Shown in pieces: positions 1 through 9,540 of a stretch of 64,000 nucleotides of DNA (position 1 is its first letter; each line of letters begins with the position of its first letter). The notes under the pieces are model-generated. The model was not told the origin of the DNA and searched no databases. It saw only the letters and a program-made list of their open reading frames with translations. The position numbers were made by a program, and so were the translations under genes. The DNA is taken from positions 1,632,001 through 1,696,000 of the forward strand of contig CAWJCS010000005.1 of assembly GCA_963841435.1 (NCBI GenBank), read 5' to 3'. Origin of the DNA: an uncultured delta proteobacterium. Its GTDB lineage: Bacteria; Myxococcota_A; Polyangia; Polyangiales; Polyangiaceae.

Positions 1-609
1 CCCACCGTGATCGCGGGGCGGCGCGAGGCCGAGCTCACGTTCCACGGCGCGCTCTCCGGGCTCGCCGTGACCGGCGACGTGGTCGTGTTCGATGTGGGCG
101 GTGGCAGCACGGAGATCGTCCGAGGCCCCGCGGGCGGCGCCGTGGCGAGCGCAGTGAGCCTCGACGTGGGGAGCGTGCGGCTCTTCGAGCGCCACCTCGG
201 AAACGACCCAGCGACGCCCGAAGAGCTCGAGCTCGTGCGTGCCGACGTGGCACGCGCGCTCGTCGACATCGACGTGCCGGGCGACCGCGCGACGCTGGTC
301 GGTGTGGCGGGCACCGTGACGTCGCTCGCGGCGATCGCTCTCGAGCTCTCCGACTACGATCCCGCGCGCGTGCACGGTCACGTTCTCGAAGCGAGCGATG
401 TGCACGCGCTCGCCGAGCGGCTCGCGCGCATGACGCTCGCGGAGCGTCACGCGCTACCTGGCCTCGATCCGCGGCGCGCCGACGTGATCGTCGCCGGCGC
501 GCTGATTGTCGAAGGCGTGCTCGACGCTATTCGCAGCGAACGGCTCGTCGTCTCCGACCGTGGCGTGCGCTGGGGTCTTGCCGAAGAGCTCGCCAAAAGC
601 AGCCCCTGA
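1..609 (+). CDS. Ppx/GppA family exopolyphosphatase, 5'-truncated by window edge
   Basis: Motifs EAELTFHG, FDVGGGSTE, GSVRLFE, GVAGTVT, RADVIVAGA and GVRWG are typical of the Ppx/GppA family; frame is open from base 1. Confidence 0.9.
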   Translation, partial: PTVIAGRREAELTFHGALSGLAVTGDVVVFDVGGGSTEIVRGPAGGAVASAVSLDVGSVRLFERHLGNDPATPEELELVRADVARALVDIDVPGDRATLVGVAGTVTSLAAIALELSDYDPARVHGHVLEASDVHALAERLARMTLAERHALPGLDPRRADVIVAGALIVEGVLDAIRSERLVVSDRGVRWGLAEELAKSSP

Positions 610-678
610 ACGCGCGCGCCGTGCCTGGAACCGGTTGCACCGAGGGCGCCGCCGAGTCAGACTAATAGATGCAAAGAG

Positions 679-707
679 TTGACAGAGTCGTCACCGGTGG
701 GTAGAGT
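679..707 (+). promoter_or_regulatory. sigma70-type promoter for cdnL
   Basis: TTGACA (679-684), 17-nt spacer, TAGAGT (702-707). Confidence 0.8.
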
Positions 708-713
708 GCCGCC

Positions 714-968
714 CCTGGCGAATTCTGATCAGCGCTTGGGTGTGCGCTGGCATCGGCGCCCCACGGGGCCCGAAACCCACGCGATACACCCGAGAGACAC
801 CGGAGGCGCCAGTTAAGGAATGGAATCACAGGCCCGACCGTTCATGTCCCGCGCCCGCGGGTGAGAGAACGGGAGAGCCTGCTTAACACTTCAGCGCTTG
901 GTTTCCGGTCAACCCGGCCACCCCTCGCGGGGCGCCTCGGGCACCAGGTTTAGTCACAAGGAGACGTC
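714..968 (+). ncRNA. Putative structured 5' leader or sRNA upstream of cdnL
   Basis: Nested complementary segments 735-743/786-794, 812-817/882-887, 829-833/877-881, 838-843/867-872, 848-852/857-861; no credible ORF. Confidence 0.4.
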
Positions 969-1475
969 ATGCAGTCCAGCCAGGAAGTGGAGTTCAAGGT
1001 CGGCGATAAGGCGGTCTACCCTGCCCAGGGCGTGGCGGAAGTGGTCAGCATCGAAGAGAAGGACATCGCTGGTCAGCGCCAGCGCTTCTACGTGCTGCGC
1101 ATTCTCGACACGGACCGCAAGATCATGGTGCCGGTCTCGAACGCAAACGCGGTGGGCTTGCGTCAAGTGATCAGCGAGCAGGAGATCCGCGAGATCTTCG
1201 ACATCTTGAAGGAGCGTACGATCGGCTTCGACACGCAGACGTGGAATCGCCGGTATCGCGGCTTCATGGACAAGATCAAGACCGGGTCGATTTACGACGT
1301 CGCCGAGGTGCTGCGTGACCTCTATCGCCTCAAGGCGAACAAGCAGCTCTCGTTCGGTGAGCGCCGCATGCTCGACACGGCACGCTCACTCATCGTCAAA
1401 GAGATCGCGATCGCTCGTCACCAGACCGAAGAGATGGTGAAAAGCGAGATCGAGTCGATCTTCTTCGCGAACTGA
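969..1475 (+). CDS. cdnL: CarD/CdnL family RNA polymerase-binding transcription factor
   Basis: FKVGDKAVYPAQGVAEV, IMVPV, WNRRYR, LSFGERRMLD; 168 aa with no HMGA tail; SD AAGGAG upstream. Confidence 0.93.
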   Translation: MQSSQEVEFKVGDKAVYPAQGVAEVVSIEEKDIAGQRQRFYVLRILDTDRKIMVPVSNANAVGLRQVISEQEIREIFDILKERTIGFDTQTWNRRYRGFMDKIKTGSIYDVAEVLRDLYRLKANKQLSFGERRMLDTARSLIVKEIAIARHQTEEMVKSEIESIFFAN

Positions 1476-1497
1476 TTCGGCTTTCGCAAACAGCGCG

Positions 1498-1535
1498 CGG
1501 CGCGTGGCTTTCGGGTCACGCGCCGTTCGTGTTTT
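1498..1535 (+). terminator. Intrinsic terminator after cdnL
   Basis: 11-bp stem CGGCGCGTGGC/GTCACGCGCCG (1498-1525) followed by TTCGTGTTTT. Confidence 0.65.
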
Positions 1536-1566
1536 GTGGGCCTGCGGGTGAGCGGTGTCGCGCGGC

Positions 1567-2079
1567 TCAGCGCTCCACGGCGTGCGGCGGCGGGTGGGCC
1601 TCGGTCTCCTGAGCGTCCTCGCGCCGCTGGATCGGCGAAAGCGGTGGGATCACGAGCGCCACGCGCCAATGCCCGTCCTCGCGCACGCACTTCACTTCGT
1701 GGTGCTGTCCGGGTGCCTCGCCGACGACGGTCACGATCGCCCAGTCGCCATCGATGCGTGCGCTATAGCGCTTCGGCGCGAAGGCGAGCGAGAAGTGGGT
1801 GGGCGCGATCATCGACTGCGGTGCCACCTCCCGCCCCGCGACCGCGCTCGCGCGCTTTGCACGCTCGACGAGCGCACGCTGTGCCTCGCTCCACATGAGC
1901 TCGAACGCGTCGCGCCCCGCCTTGGGATCGCCGTGCACGCGCTGCATGCGCGCGATGAACTCCTCGACGATGGCGTCCGGCCCGGCGTCGACGACGTCCG
2001 CCTGACAGCCCACGCCGGCGAGCGCGAGGAGCGGCACTACGCACAGCGCGGCGGCGACACGCCTGCGTCCGCCCGTCAT
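1567..2079 (-). CDS. Hypothetical lipoprotein
   Basis: Signal peptide MTGGRRRVAAALCVVPLLALAGVGC with lipobox; ATG overlaps the upstream stop (ATGA). Confidence 0.75.
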   Translation of the reverse strand: MTGGRRRVAAALCVVPLLALAGVGCQADVVDAGPDAIVEEFIARMQRVHGDPKAGRDAFELMWSEAQRALVERAKRASAVAGREVAPQSMIAPTHFSLAFAPKRYSARIDGDWAIVTVVGEAPGQHHEVKCVREDGHWRVALVIPPLSPIQRREDAQETEAHPPPHAVER

Positions 2080-2414
2080 GCGGCCTCGCTCGTGGTGATG
2101 CCCATGGCGCGGCGCACGTCGCCGAGCGTCACTTCCGCGAGCGTTCGCGCGTGGGCGGCGCCCTCGTTCCGCACGTCGAGCACGCGGCGAGGCTCGCGCC
2201 GGTGCGCCGCGCCGCGCTCCTGAACGGGCCCGAGCTCCGCCACCATGACGTCCCACAGGCACATCTTGCCGTCGCGGCACCCGAGCGCGCCGCGCCGGCA
2301 GTCGCGCTCGATCTCGCTGCAGGTCGCCTCGCTGTCGAGCGCGCGGTGCATCGTGAACACGTTGCAGCTCTCCGGCCGTCCTTTGTCGATAGCCACGCCC
2401 CCGATGCCTAGCAC
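2076..2414 (-). pseudogene. Stand-alone C-terminal (anticodon-binding) fragment of tryptophanyl-tRNA synthetase
   Basis: GRPESCNVFTMH..EIERDCRRGALGC..LGPVQER..EGAAHARTLAEVTLGDVRRAMG resembles the TrpRS C-terminus; no HIGH/KMSKS domain upstream. Confidence 0.6.
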
Positions 2415-2510
2415 TACTTCGTGCGACTTTCGCGGCCGTCGCCGGCCCGCTCCGTGCCCGCTCGTCGTGAAGGGACAGCCGCTCCCGCCGGAGCCACACG
2501 GGCCCTCGGC

Positions 2511-3785
2511 TCAGGGCAGCGCGATGCGGGCGATGCTGGCGAGCGAAGAGGACGACTCGAATAGCGACAAGAACAACGTCTTGTTCGACACCGCGAGGGC
2601 GTGGATGGTGTACCCCGGGGGCAGGCACGCGGCGCGCGAGAGTTGGCCCGCGCCTCGGGGCCCGGTGAGCACGACCTTTCCGACGCCGCCCTTGCCGGGC
2701 TCGAGCTGCCCGTTACCCGCGAACACGACGCGATCGCCGTAGGTAAGCCCCGTGCCGAAGGTGCCCACCGTCGCCGCGTAGATGCGCTCGAGGCCGCCGC
2801 CGCCACCGGCCGGCACGCGGTAGACCCCGGGCTTCTGCAAATCCTCGTTTTCGTAACCCGTGACGAACACCGTGGCACCGTCGGTAAGCAGCACGACGTG
2901 GGAGATCATCTGCATGATGCGCCCGAGGTCCACGGGGTTTCCGCCGCCGAGGGGCACCGACATCAAATGGTGCTCGCCGCTCGGCTCCGGGAGGAAGGGG
3001 CTCTTCTTCTTGTTCGCGGCATGCTCGGCGAGCTGCGCGGCGCTCGGCGGGGCGGTGTGCATGAAGACGACGCGATCACCGGCTCGCCGGACATCGTCGA
3101 TGTCGCCCTCGATCTCGAGCAAGGTCTTCGCCTCGCCGCCGGCGAGCGGCACCGAGCGCACCTCGGCGTGCGCTGCGGCGGACTTTCCCTTCGCGCTGAC
3201 CTCCGCCCAGTAAAACGCGCTGCCGTCGAAGTCGGCAAAGGTCGCGCGCGGCGCCCGCGAGCGCTTGCCGATCGACTGGAGGATACGGGTCGCGGCGTCG
3301 CGCCCGCCGCCGCGCTTCGCAGCCGTCAGGTCGATGAACGTTTGAAAGGCGCCCCCCGCCTTCGGCATCTGCATGAAAATGGGCTCGCCGGATGATTGCG
3401 TGAGGAGCCGATCGCCCGAGGCAAAGAGCACGAGCCTGCCGCTCAGCGTCATGCCGGGGATTTTACCGAGGGTCGTGGCCTTGCCGTCGGCGAGCGACAC
3501 GCGACGAAGTTCGCTCATCGTGCCGGCGTAGAGCGCGTCGCCGTCGACGACCAGCGCGCGGAAGAGGTCGCTCCCGCCGATACGCGCCGGCGGCACGAGA
3601 TAGTCGAGGGTCGTGAGACAGCCGTCGGACCCAACGGGCGCGAGTGTCGGTGTTGCGACCGCGGCGGAGCTCGACGCGCTCGCGGCAGGCTCGGGTGGCG
3701 ACTCCTTGGGGTGGCGGCATCCGAGCGCCGTGCACCACGCCAACGCCAGCACCGCCGCCCGAAAAAACCAGCGCCTCCGTTGCAT
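2511..3785 (-). CDS. Hypothetical lipoprotein, probable beta-propeller
   Basis: Lipobox ALGC, Pro/Ala linker, repeated beta-strand units (DGDALY, DGSAFYW, DGATVFV). Confidence 0.75.
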   Translation of the reverse strand: MQRRRWFFRAAVLALAWCTALGCRHPKESPPEPAASASSSAAVATPTLAPVGSDGCLTTLDYLVPPARIGGSDLFRALVVDGDALYAGTMSELRRVSLADGKATTLGKIPGMTLSGRLVLFASGDRLLTQSSGEPIFMQMPKAGGAFQTFIDLTAAKRGGGRDAATRILQSIGKRSRAPRATFADFDGSAFYWAEVSAKGKSAAAHAEVRSVPLAGGEAKTLLEIEGDIDDVRRAGDRVVFMHTAPPSAAQLAEHAANKKKSPFLPEPSGEHHLMSVPLGGGNPVDLGRIMQMISHVVLLTDGATVFVTGYENEDLQKPGVYRVPAGGGGGLERIYAATVGTFGTGLTYGDRVVFAGNGQLEPGKGGVGKVVLTGPRGAGQLSRAACLPPGYTIHALAVSNKTLFLSLFESSSSLASIARIALP

Positions 3786-3808
3786 GGCCGGCATCCTAGC
3801 GAGGCCGC

Positions 3809-4360
3809 TCAGCGGGTCAAAGTCGAGACCTGGGGCGCCCGTAGAATCAGCGCGCGGCGCAGGACGTTCAGCGTGATGAACGGGAGCCCCCCGCCGAGCC
3901 TGAGGTCGTGCCGGAAGACGAAGGACCAGACGACGGCCGCCACCGTGACGGCGAAGAGGATCGCAGACGCGCGCGTGAGAAAGCTCGGGTCCGCGCCCCG
4001 GCAGCCGATGTATCCCTGGGGCGACAGAAAGAACGCGAGGATGGCGACCGCGAGCACGGCGACGAAGAGTGCGAAGGCCTGCACGTCGGCAAGCCATGCG
4101 GCCAGGGACGCGAGCGGGAGGGTGAAAGCGAGCGCACCCGCGACGAGCCACAGTCCGGTGCCGACGAGGATGGGGTTCAAGACATAGCGGCGCACGAGCA
4201 CGAACGCGCTCGCCGCTGCAAACAGCACGGCCCCTCCCACGAACCCGCCGCGTGCCTGCTCGAGGTCCACCGACCCCTTGACGATGAACGGCAGGGCCAG
4301 GCTCACGATGGGGACGAGCTGCAAGAGCTCCACCCAGACGGGGTTTCGGTTTGCGGCCAC
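3809..4360 (-). CDS. Hypothetical multi-pass membrane protein
   Basis: About six hydrophobic segments; GTG start 6 nt after a TATGCT -10-like box. Confidence 0.7.
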   Translation of the reverse strand: MAANRNPVWVELLQLVPIVSLALPFIVKGSVDLEQARGGFVGGAVLFAAASAFVLVRRYVLNPILVGTGLWLVAGALAFTLPLASLAAWLADVQAFALFVAVLAVAILAFFLSPQGYIGCRGADPSFLTRASAILFAVTVAAVVWSFVFRHDLRLGGGLPFITLNVLRRALILRAPQVSTLTR

Positions 4361-4441
4361 GGGCGGAGCATACCGGGCCACTCGCTCGCCCGGAAACTTG
4401 GCCGCTGCCGAGGCCGCCTCGGTACGATCACGTCTCAGCCC

Positions 4442-5488
4442 ATGCTCCGCGCCGGTTCCACCCCCCGCCTGGTCTGGTCCGGTCGTCCCACGCCCGCCGA
4501 GGCACCACCCGCCGAGCCCGCGCCCGCCGAGCTCGAAATCACGCGGGATGGCGAGCCCGATCTCCGGCTCATCCACGGGGACAACCTCGGGGCGCTCCGG
4601 GCGCTCGCCGAGACGGGCGAGCAGGTCGCGCTCGTCTACCTCGACCCACCGTTTTTCACCGGGCGCGAGCACACGCTCGTCGAGCGCTCCTCCACGCTCA
4701 GGGGCACGGCCCGGAGGCGCCGCGTGGCGTTCGACGACCGCTGGGCGAGTCTCGATGCCTACCTCGGGGCCCTCATGGAGCGCGTGACGCTCGCCCGCGA
4801 GCTGCTCCGGCCCGACGGCTGCCTCGTCCTGCACGTCGATCCGCGCACGAGCCACTACTCCAAGGTCCTATGCGACGAGATTTTCGGCGCCGATTGCTTC
4901 GCGAGCGAGATCGTGTGGCGCTACCGGCGCTGGCCGTCGAAGACCAAGAATTTCCAGCGTATGCACGACGTGCTGCTCCGCTACGTGCGCGACGCGCGCA
5001 CCGTGCCCCGCTTTCGCCAGCTCTACGAGCCGCTCGCCCCGTCGACGCTCGCCACGTGGGGTGACAAGAAGCAGCGTGCCGTCGTCGATGCGAGCGGGCG
5101 CCGGTTGCGCTCGAGCACGACGCACGATGCGACGCCGGGCACGCCGCTCGGCGACGTTTGGGAGATCGGCATCGTCGCGCCCGTCGCCAAGGAGCGCACC
5201 GGGTACCCGACGCAGAAGCCCGAAGCGCTGCTCGCGCGGCTCGTCGAGGCGTGCACGGAGCCGGGCGACACGGTTCTCGACCCCTACGTCGGCAGCGGCA
5301 CGACGGTGGCCGCGTGCGTGCGCCTCGGGCGGCGTGCCATCGGCATCGACGTGAACCGCCGGGCCGTCACCATCGCCAGGCGACGCCTGGAGGCGCTGGG
5401 CCGGCGCCCCCGCATCGAGCGCGTCATCCACGTGGACGGCGCCTCGCCCGGGACGAGCGAGGCCGAACGCCTCACGCGCGTGGGATAG
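4442..5488 (+). CDS. Orphan N6-adenine/N4-cytosine DNA methyltransferase, beta class
   Basis: Motif IV YLDPPF precedes YPTQKPEALL and motif I VLDPYVGSGTT; no adjacent endonuclease. Confidence 0.88.
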   Translation: MLRAGSTPRLVWSGRPTPAEAPPAEPAPAELEITRDGEPDLRLIHGDNLGALRALAETGEQVALVYLDPPFFTGREHTLVERSSTLRGTARRRRVAFDDRWASLDAYLGALMERVTLARELLRPDGCLVLHVDPRTSHYSKVLCDEIFGADCFASEIVWRYRRWPSKTKNFQRMHDVLLRYVRDARTVPRFRQLYEPLAPSTLATWGDKKQRAVVDASGRRLRSSTTHDATPGTPLGDVWEIGIVAPVAKERTGYPTQKPEALLARLVEACTEPGDTVLDPYVGSGTTVAACVRLGRRAIGIDVNRRAVTIARRRLEALGRRPRIERVIHVDGASPGTSEAERLTRVG

Positions 5489-5552
5489 CCCGCCCGCCGC
5501 GAAAGAGCCCCCCGATTGCGCTCGCGCGCGGCCGGCACTAAACCCCCGGGCC

Positions 5553-6557
5553 ATGCTGTCGAAGCGTACCGCACCGGTCCTTTTGGCTCTCCTGAGCCTG
5601 GCGGCGACTGCGCTCGCGGCCGACGACTCACCCGTCGTGGTGACCGTTGGCTCGAGCAGCATGACGACGGTCGACGTGACACGACGGCTCGCCGCGCTCT
5701 CGAGCTATCAGGTTTCGCGCTATGGCTCGAAGCCCGAAGAGATCAAGAAGCGCTTCGTCGAGGAGGTGCTCGTGCCGGAGATGCTCTTTGGCGAAGAAGG
5801 TGCGCGGCGCAAGCTCGACCAGACGCCCGCCATGCGCGACAAGCTGCGCGACTCGCTGCGCGATGCGATCGATCGCAGCCTCAAAGCGGAGATGGCGGAG
5901 AAGAGCCCCGTCACGGCCGACGACATCAAAAAGTACTTCGAGGACAACAAGAGCCGCTACGAAACGCCGAAGCGCATCCGCGTTTGGCGCATCCAGGTCG
6001 CCGATGAAGCCGCCGCCAAGGAGCTCATCGCGCAGGCCAAGGGCACGGGCGGGCCGAAGGCCTGGTCCGACTACGCCCGCGAAAAGTCCCTCGACAAGGC
6101 CACGGCGATGCGAAACGGCGATCTTGGCTTCGTTCGCGCCGACGGCACGACCGACGTGCCGCGCGTCATCGTCAACAAGGGTGTGTTCGCGGCCGTCGAC
6201 AAGGTGGGCGACGGGGCGCTCGTTCCGGAGCCGCTCCACGAGGGCGATCGCTGGTCGGTGCTCTGGCGACGAGGCAGCGTCGAGGCAACGAAGCGCACGC
6301 TCGAGGACGAGGAAGCGTCCATCCGGCAGATCCTCGAGCGGCGGCGGCTCGACACGATGCGCCAGGAGCTGCTCGCGAGCCTGCGAAAGGACAAGCTCAA
6401 GGAGCTGCACCCGGAGCTGCTCTCGAACATCGACGCCTCGGCGTTCGGGCCGCCGCGCCGCGACCCACGGTTGCTCGGGCGTGACCGCGACCGCCCGCTC
6501 AGGCGCCCCCGCCGCGAAGACGGGCCGAAGATCCCGCCGCCCGCGAGCAGCGACTGA
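5553..6557 (+). CDS. Exported PpiC/parvulin-type peptidyl-prolyl isomerase (PrsA/SurA-like)
   Basis: Signal peptide; AREKSLD..NGDLGF parvulin motif. Confidence 0.8.
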   Translation: MLSKRTAPVLLALLSLAATALAADDSPVVVTVGSSSMTTVDVTRRLAALSSYQVSRYGSKPEEIKKRFVEEVLVPEMLFGEEGARRKLDQTPAMRDKLRDSLRDAIDRSLKAEMAEKSPVTADDIKKYFEDNKSRYETPKRIRVWRIQVADEAAAKELIAQAKGTGGPKAWSDYAREKSLDKATAMRNGDLGFVRADGTTDVPRVIVNKGVFAAVDKVGDGALVPEPLHEGDRWSVLWRRGSVEATKRTLEDEEASIRQILERRRLDTMRQELLASLRKDKLKELHPELLSNIDASAFGPPRRDPRLLGRDRDRPLRRPRREDGPKIPPPASSD

Positions 6558-6972
6558 TCAGGGCACGTCCGGCAAAACCCAGCCGAACTGCTTGAGAACG
6601 GCGCGGAACGTGCGCTCTTCGTCGAGCGCACGCTGGTAAAAGACGTTGAAGCGATCGGCTTCGCCTCGCGTCGCGGCCTCGGCGGCCTGGGCGTGGTTCT
6701 CGAGCACGAGCAAGAGGTGCGGGTGCGCTTGCACGACCTCCTTCGGCACGGTCATGGACGAGGCCGTTTCGAGACGCGCTTCGGCGAGCTTCTGCACGAC
6801 GCGCGCGAGCTCCCGGTCGGCGATGCGGGCCCTGAGATACGCCATCTCCCGGGTCGCTCCCGAGAATCAGCAGCGCGGCACGGCTCAGGTACGTTCCGGC
6901 CCATGCCGAGCCGGAGATCAGCGCGGCGAAAAGCCCCGCGAGCAGCGCCCGACGAGCGACGAGCGTGCTCAT
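6558..6972 (-). CDS. Hypothetical exported protein, frameshifted near 6860
   Basis: Signal-peptide ORF (MSTLVARR..AWA) joins the 6558-6845 ORF if one base is removed from the C-run at 6859-6861 (LILGATREMAYL). Confidence 0.7.
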
Positions 6973-7712
6973 GCCCGCGCATCTCCCGGCGCGTCCGCCG
7001 CGGGCCCGCCGGTGCTCGGAGGTTCGGCGCCGACCAGGGCTCCCAGCGCCACGGCCGCTGCCGCCTGCTCGGCCGCGCGCTTCGAGCGCCCTTCGCCCTC
7101 GCCCGTGATCCCGCCGGCATCCACGCGCACCCGAAACCAGCGCGCGTGCGCGGGTCCGGTCGTGCCCAAAAGCTCGTAGCTCGGCGCAGGTCGCCCGAGC
7201 GCCTGCACGCGCTCCTGCAGCTCACTCTTCGCGTCGCGCGTCAACTGGCCACGAATCGCTTCGAGTCCGTGCTCGACGACCGCCTGGCTCACGCGCCGCG
7301 CCGCGTCCAACCCCTGCTCGAGGTAGGTTGCCGCGATCAGCGCTTCCACGGTGTCGGCCAGCACGTTGGTGCTCTCACCCAGGCCCGCGCTCGCGGCGCC
7401 GCGTCCGAGCTTCACGAGGGCCGGCAGCCCCGCGCTGCGCGCCCAGTCGGCCAGGGCCTCGGCGTTGACGAGCTGGGCGCGGAGTCGAGTCAGGGTGCCC
7501 TCGTCGGCGTCCGGGAACGACCGATAGATGACCTCGCTCGCACACAACCCGAGCACGGCATCCCCCAGAAACTCGAGGCGCTGGTTGTCGGCAACCCCGC
7601 GCCGCTCGTTGGCGTGGCTCGGGTGCGTGAGCGCCTGCTCGAGCGCTGACGATTCGGGCGCGAGACCGGTCAGCGAGAGGAGCGGCGCGAGCGCGGAGGA
7701 GACCTCGCTCAT
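6969..7712 (-). CDS. rnc: Ribonuclease III
   Basis: ALTHPS, NQRLEFLGDAVL signature, ADTVEALIAA, C-terminal dsRBD (DAKSELQE..GEGRSKRAAEQ). Confidence 0.96.
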   Translation of the reverse strand: MSEVSSALAPLLSLTGLAPESSALEQALTHPSHANERRGVADNQRLEFLGDAVLGLCASEVIYRSFPDADEGTLTRLRAQLVNAEALADWARSAGLPALVKLGRGAASAGLGESTNVLADTVEALIAATYLEQGLDAARRVSQAVVEHGLEAIRGQLTRDAKSELQERVQALGRPAPSYELLGTTGPAHARWFRVRVDAGGITGEGEGRSKRAAEQAAAAVALGALVGAEPPSTGGPAADAPGDARA

Positions 7713-7996
7713 GGCATGCCGTAGGGCGCGAGCGTAGCACGTTCACGACGCCGTCATCCTCTCGGCAAGGGGCGAACCGTGGCGTCGAAACCGCTCGTGA
7801 GCAGAACCGAACAGAGGAAAAATGCGGATTGCGACAGGTTGCGTCGGGGGGTCATGGCGGCCCAGGAACTGGGTGGGGCTCGGTTTCAGCGCGTGTGCCA
7901 TCTTCGGTTGCAGCGTTGCCGTCCGGTGCGACCCGAGCGCGGGCGGGCGCTCCCGCGCTGCGTGAGGGCGCCCTCGATCGGGGCTATGATCGACGG

Positions 7997-8632
7997 ATGG
8001 CCGGGCTCGTTGCCTGCCCGTTTTGCCGCACCATGTACGAGCGCTCGGAGGCGCAGCTTTGCGCCGTCTGCGGCATGAAGCTCGTGCCGTTCGCGCGCCT
8101 GCCGCCCTCGGCCGACGCGCTCGCCGAGGAACCCCCGCTCGTGCCCGCGCTGCCCGAGGACGAGCTGCTTTCGTACGGCTACCTGGGACGCGGCCGGGGC
8201 GCCCTGCTCGCGCTCTCGGTGGCCGGCATTGCGCTGTTTTTCTCACCCTGGGTCGCGATCGAAATCCCGGAGAGCGTCGTGCGCACCGGGTTCGACCTCG
8301 CGCGAGGTCGCGCGGGGTGGCTCTGGGGCGGCGTCACCGGCTGGTTCATTCTCCTGCCGCTCGTGTTCACGCGGCGGACCATTTACAAGCTGCGCGGCGT
8401 CCGCCCCATCGCCGTGGCCTTCAGCGCCATGACGCTCGGCGAGGTGCTCGTGCTTTTGTCCCTGCCGCCCCCCGTGCGGCGAGTACCGCTCGAGCTGCAT
8501 TTCACCTGGGGTATTTATGCTTCCGGTCTCGTGAGCTTCGCCGGCCTCATTTGCTCGCTGTGGCTCGGAGGGCGCCTGCCCCCGCTGCCGCAAAGCATGA
8601 CTCGGTCGAGCACCGATGAAACTCTGCACTAG
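7997..8632 (+). CDS. Membrane protein with N-terminal zinc ribbon
   Basis: CPFC..CAVC followed by about four TM segments. Confidence 0.75.
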   Translation: MAGLVACPFCRTMYERSEAQLCAVCGMKLVPFARLPPSADALAEEPPLVPALPEDELLSYGYLGRGRGALLALSVAGIALFFSPWVAIEIPESVVRTGFDLARGRAGWLWGGVTGWFILLPLVFTRRTIYKLRGVRPIAVAFSAMTLGEVLVLLSLPPPVRRVPLELHFTWGIYASGLVSFAGLICSLWLGGRLPPLPQSMTRSSTDETLH

Positions 8633-8684
8633 TGTGAGTCGGCCGATTCTCGCAAATCTTGCTATGGCGTGGTAGCTCTGGTCC

Positions 8685-9530
8685 ATGGAGAGGGCCCGAC
8701 GACAATCGGACCACGCGCTGCGTCGTGGACCCTCGCCCGTGCCGCCAGAGCCGGACGAAGGGGCCCTCGAGCTTTCGGACGTCCCCGCGGCGGTCGTCTG
8801 CGCGTTCTGCGGCCAGCCCGATTGCGCCGGTTGCCTACCGGTCGATGAGCCCACGAATGCCTCGGGCGTCATCGCCATTCTGCCGTGGGAGCGCGCCGGC
8901 GTCGGGTGGCCGTCCCGGCTGTGGTCCACCGCGCGGCTCATGACGCTGTCGCACCGCGACGTGTGCTCCGCGCTGCCCGAGGGTGACCTGGTGGCCGCGT
9001 TCAGGTTCGCCGTGCTCGCCGAGATCATCGCCGCTTCGGGCCTTGCGCTCTGCCTCGCTGCACTCGGTTTTCTCGCTCCCGACATCGTGCGCGCCGTGCT
9101 CGCCGACCCCGAGCTCAGGGCCACGGCTTTCAGGGCGTTCGCCCTGGGCTTGCCCTCCGTGGCCGCCGTGATGGTGGTGCTTCACGCCGTGCACGGGCTC
9201 GTCCTCGATCGCGCGGCGCGCGCGGCGGGCTCTTCGAGGCGGGGTCGGGGCCTGCGCTTCGGCCTGTACGCGTGCGGGTGGGATCTGGTGACCCTGCCGC
9301 TCGGGCTGCTCCTTTTGCTGGTTTCCGACGGCGCTGATGCGGCGCGGCGCGCGGCGGGCCTGGCCGTTTCGGTGCCGAACCGCGCCGCGCGCGCCTACCT
9401 CGGCGGCGTGCACGGGCTCGACCCCGAGCGCACGGCGAGTGCCGCCCGCACGGCCAACCTGTGGACCGGCGTCGCCGGGCTCGGCCTGCTCGCGGCGGCC
9501 GCGATCGCGGTGGTTCTCTCGTTCCGCTGA
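8685..9530 (+). CDS. Membrane protein with N-terminal Cys cluster
   Basis: CAFCGQPDCAGC followed by several TM segments. Confidence 0.72.
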   Translation: MERARRQSDHALRRGPSPVPPEPDEGALELSDVPAAVVCAFCGQPDCAGCLPVDEPTNASGVIAILPWERAGVGWPSRLWSTARLMTLSHRDVCSALPEGDLVAAFRFAVLAEIIAASGLALCLAALGFLAPDIVRAVLADPELRATAFRAFALGLPSVAAVMVVLHAVHGLVLDRAARAAGSSRRGRGLRFGLYACGWDLVTLPLGLLLLLVSDGADAARRAAGLAVSVPNRAARAYLGGVHGLDPERTASAARTANLWTGVAGLGLLAAAAIAVVLSFR

Positions 9531-9540
9531 GCCGCCGGCT

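Noticed and set aside
7886-7901. sigma54 promoter upstream of rnc (minus strand TGGCACACGCGCTGAA)
   Set aside because: The -12 element reads GA instead of GC; too weak to call
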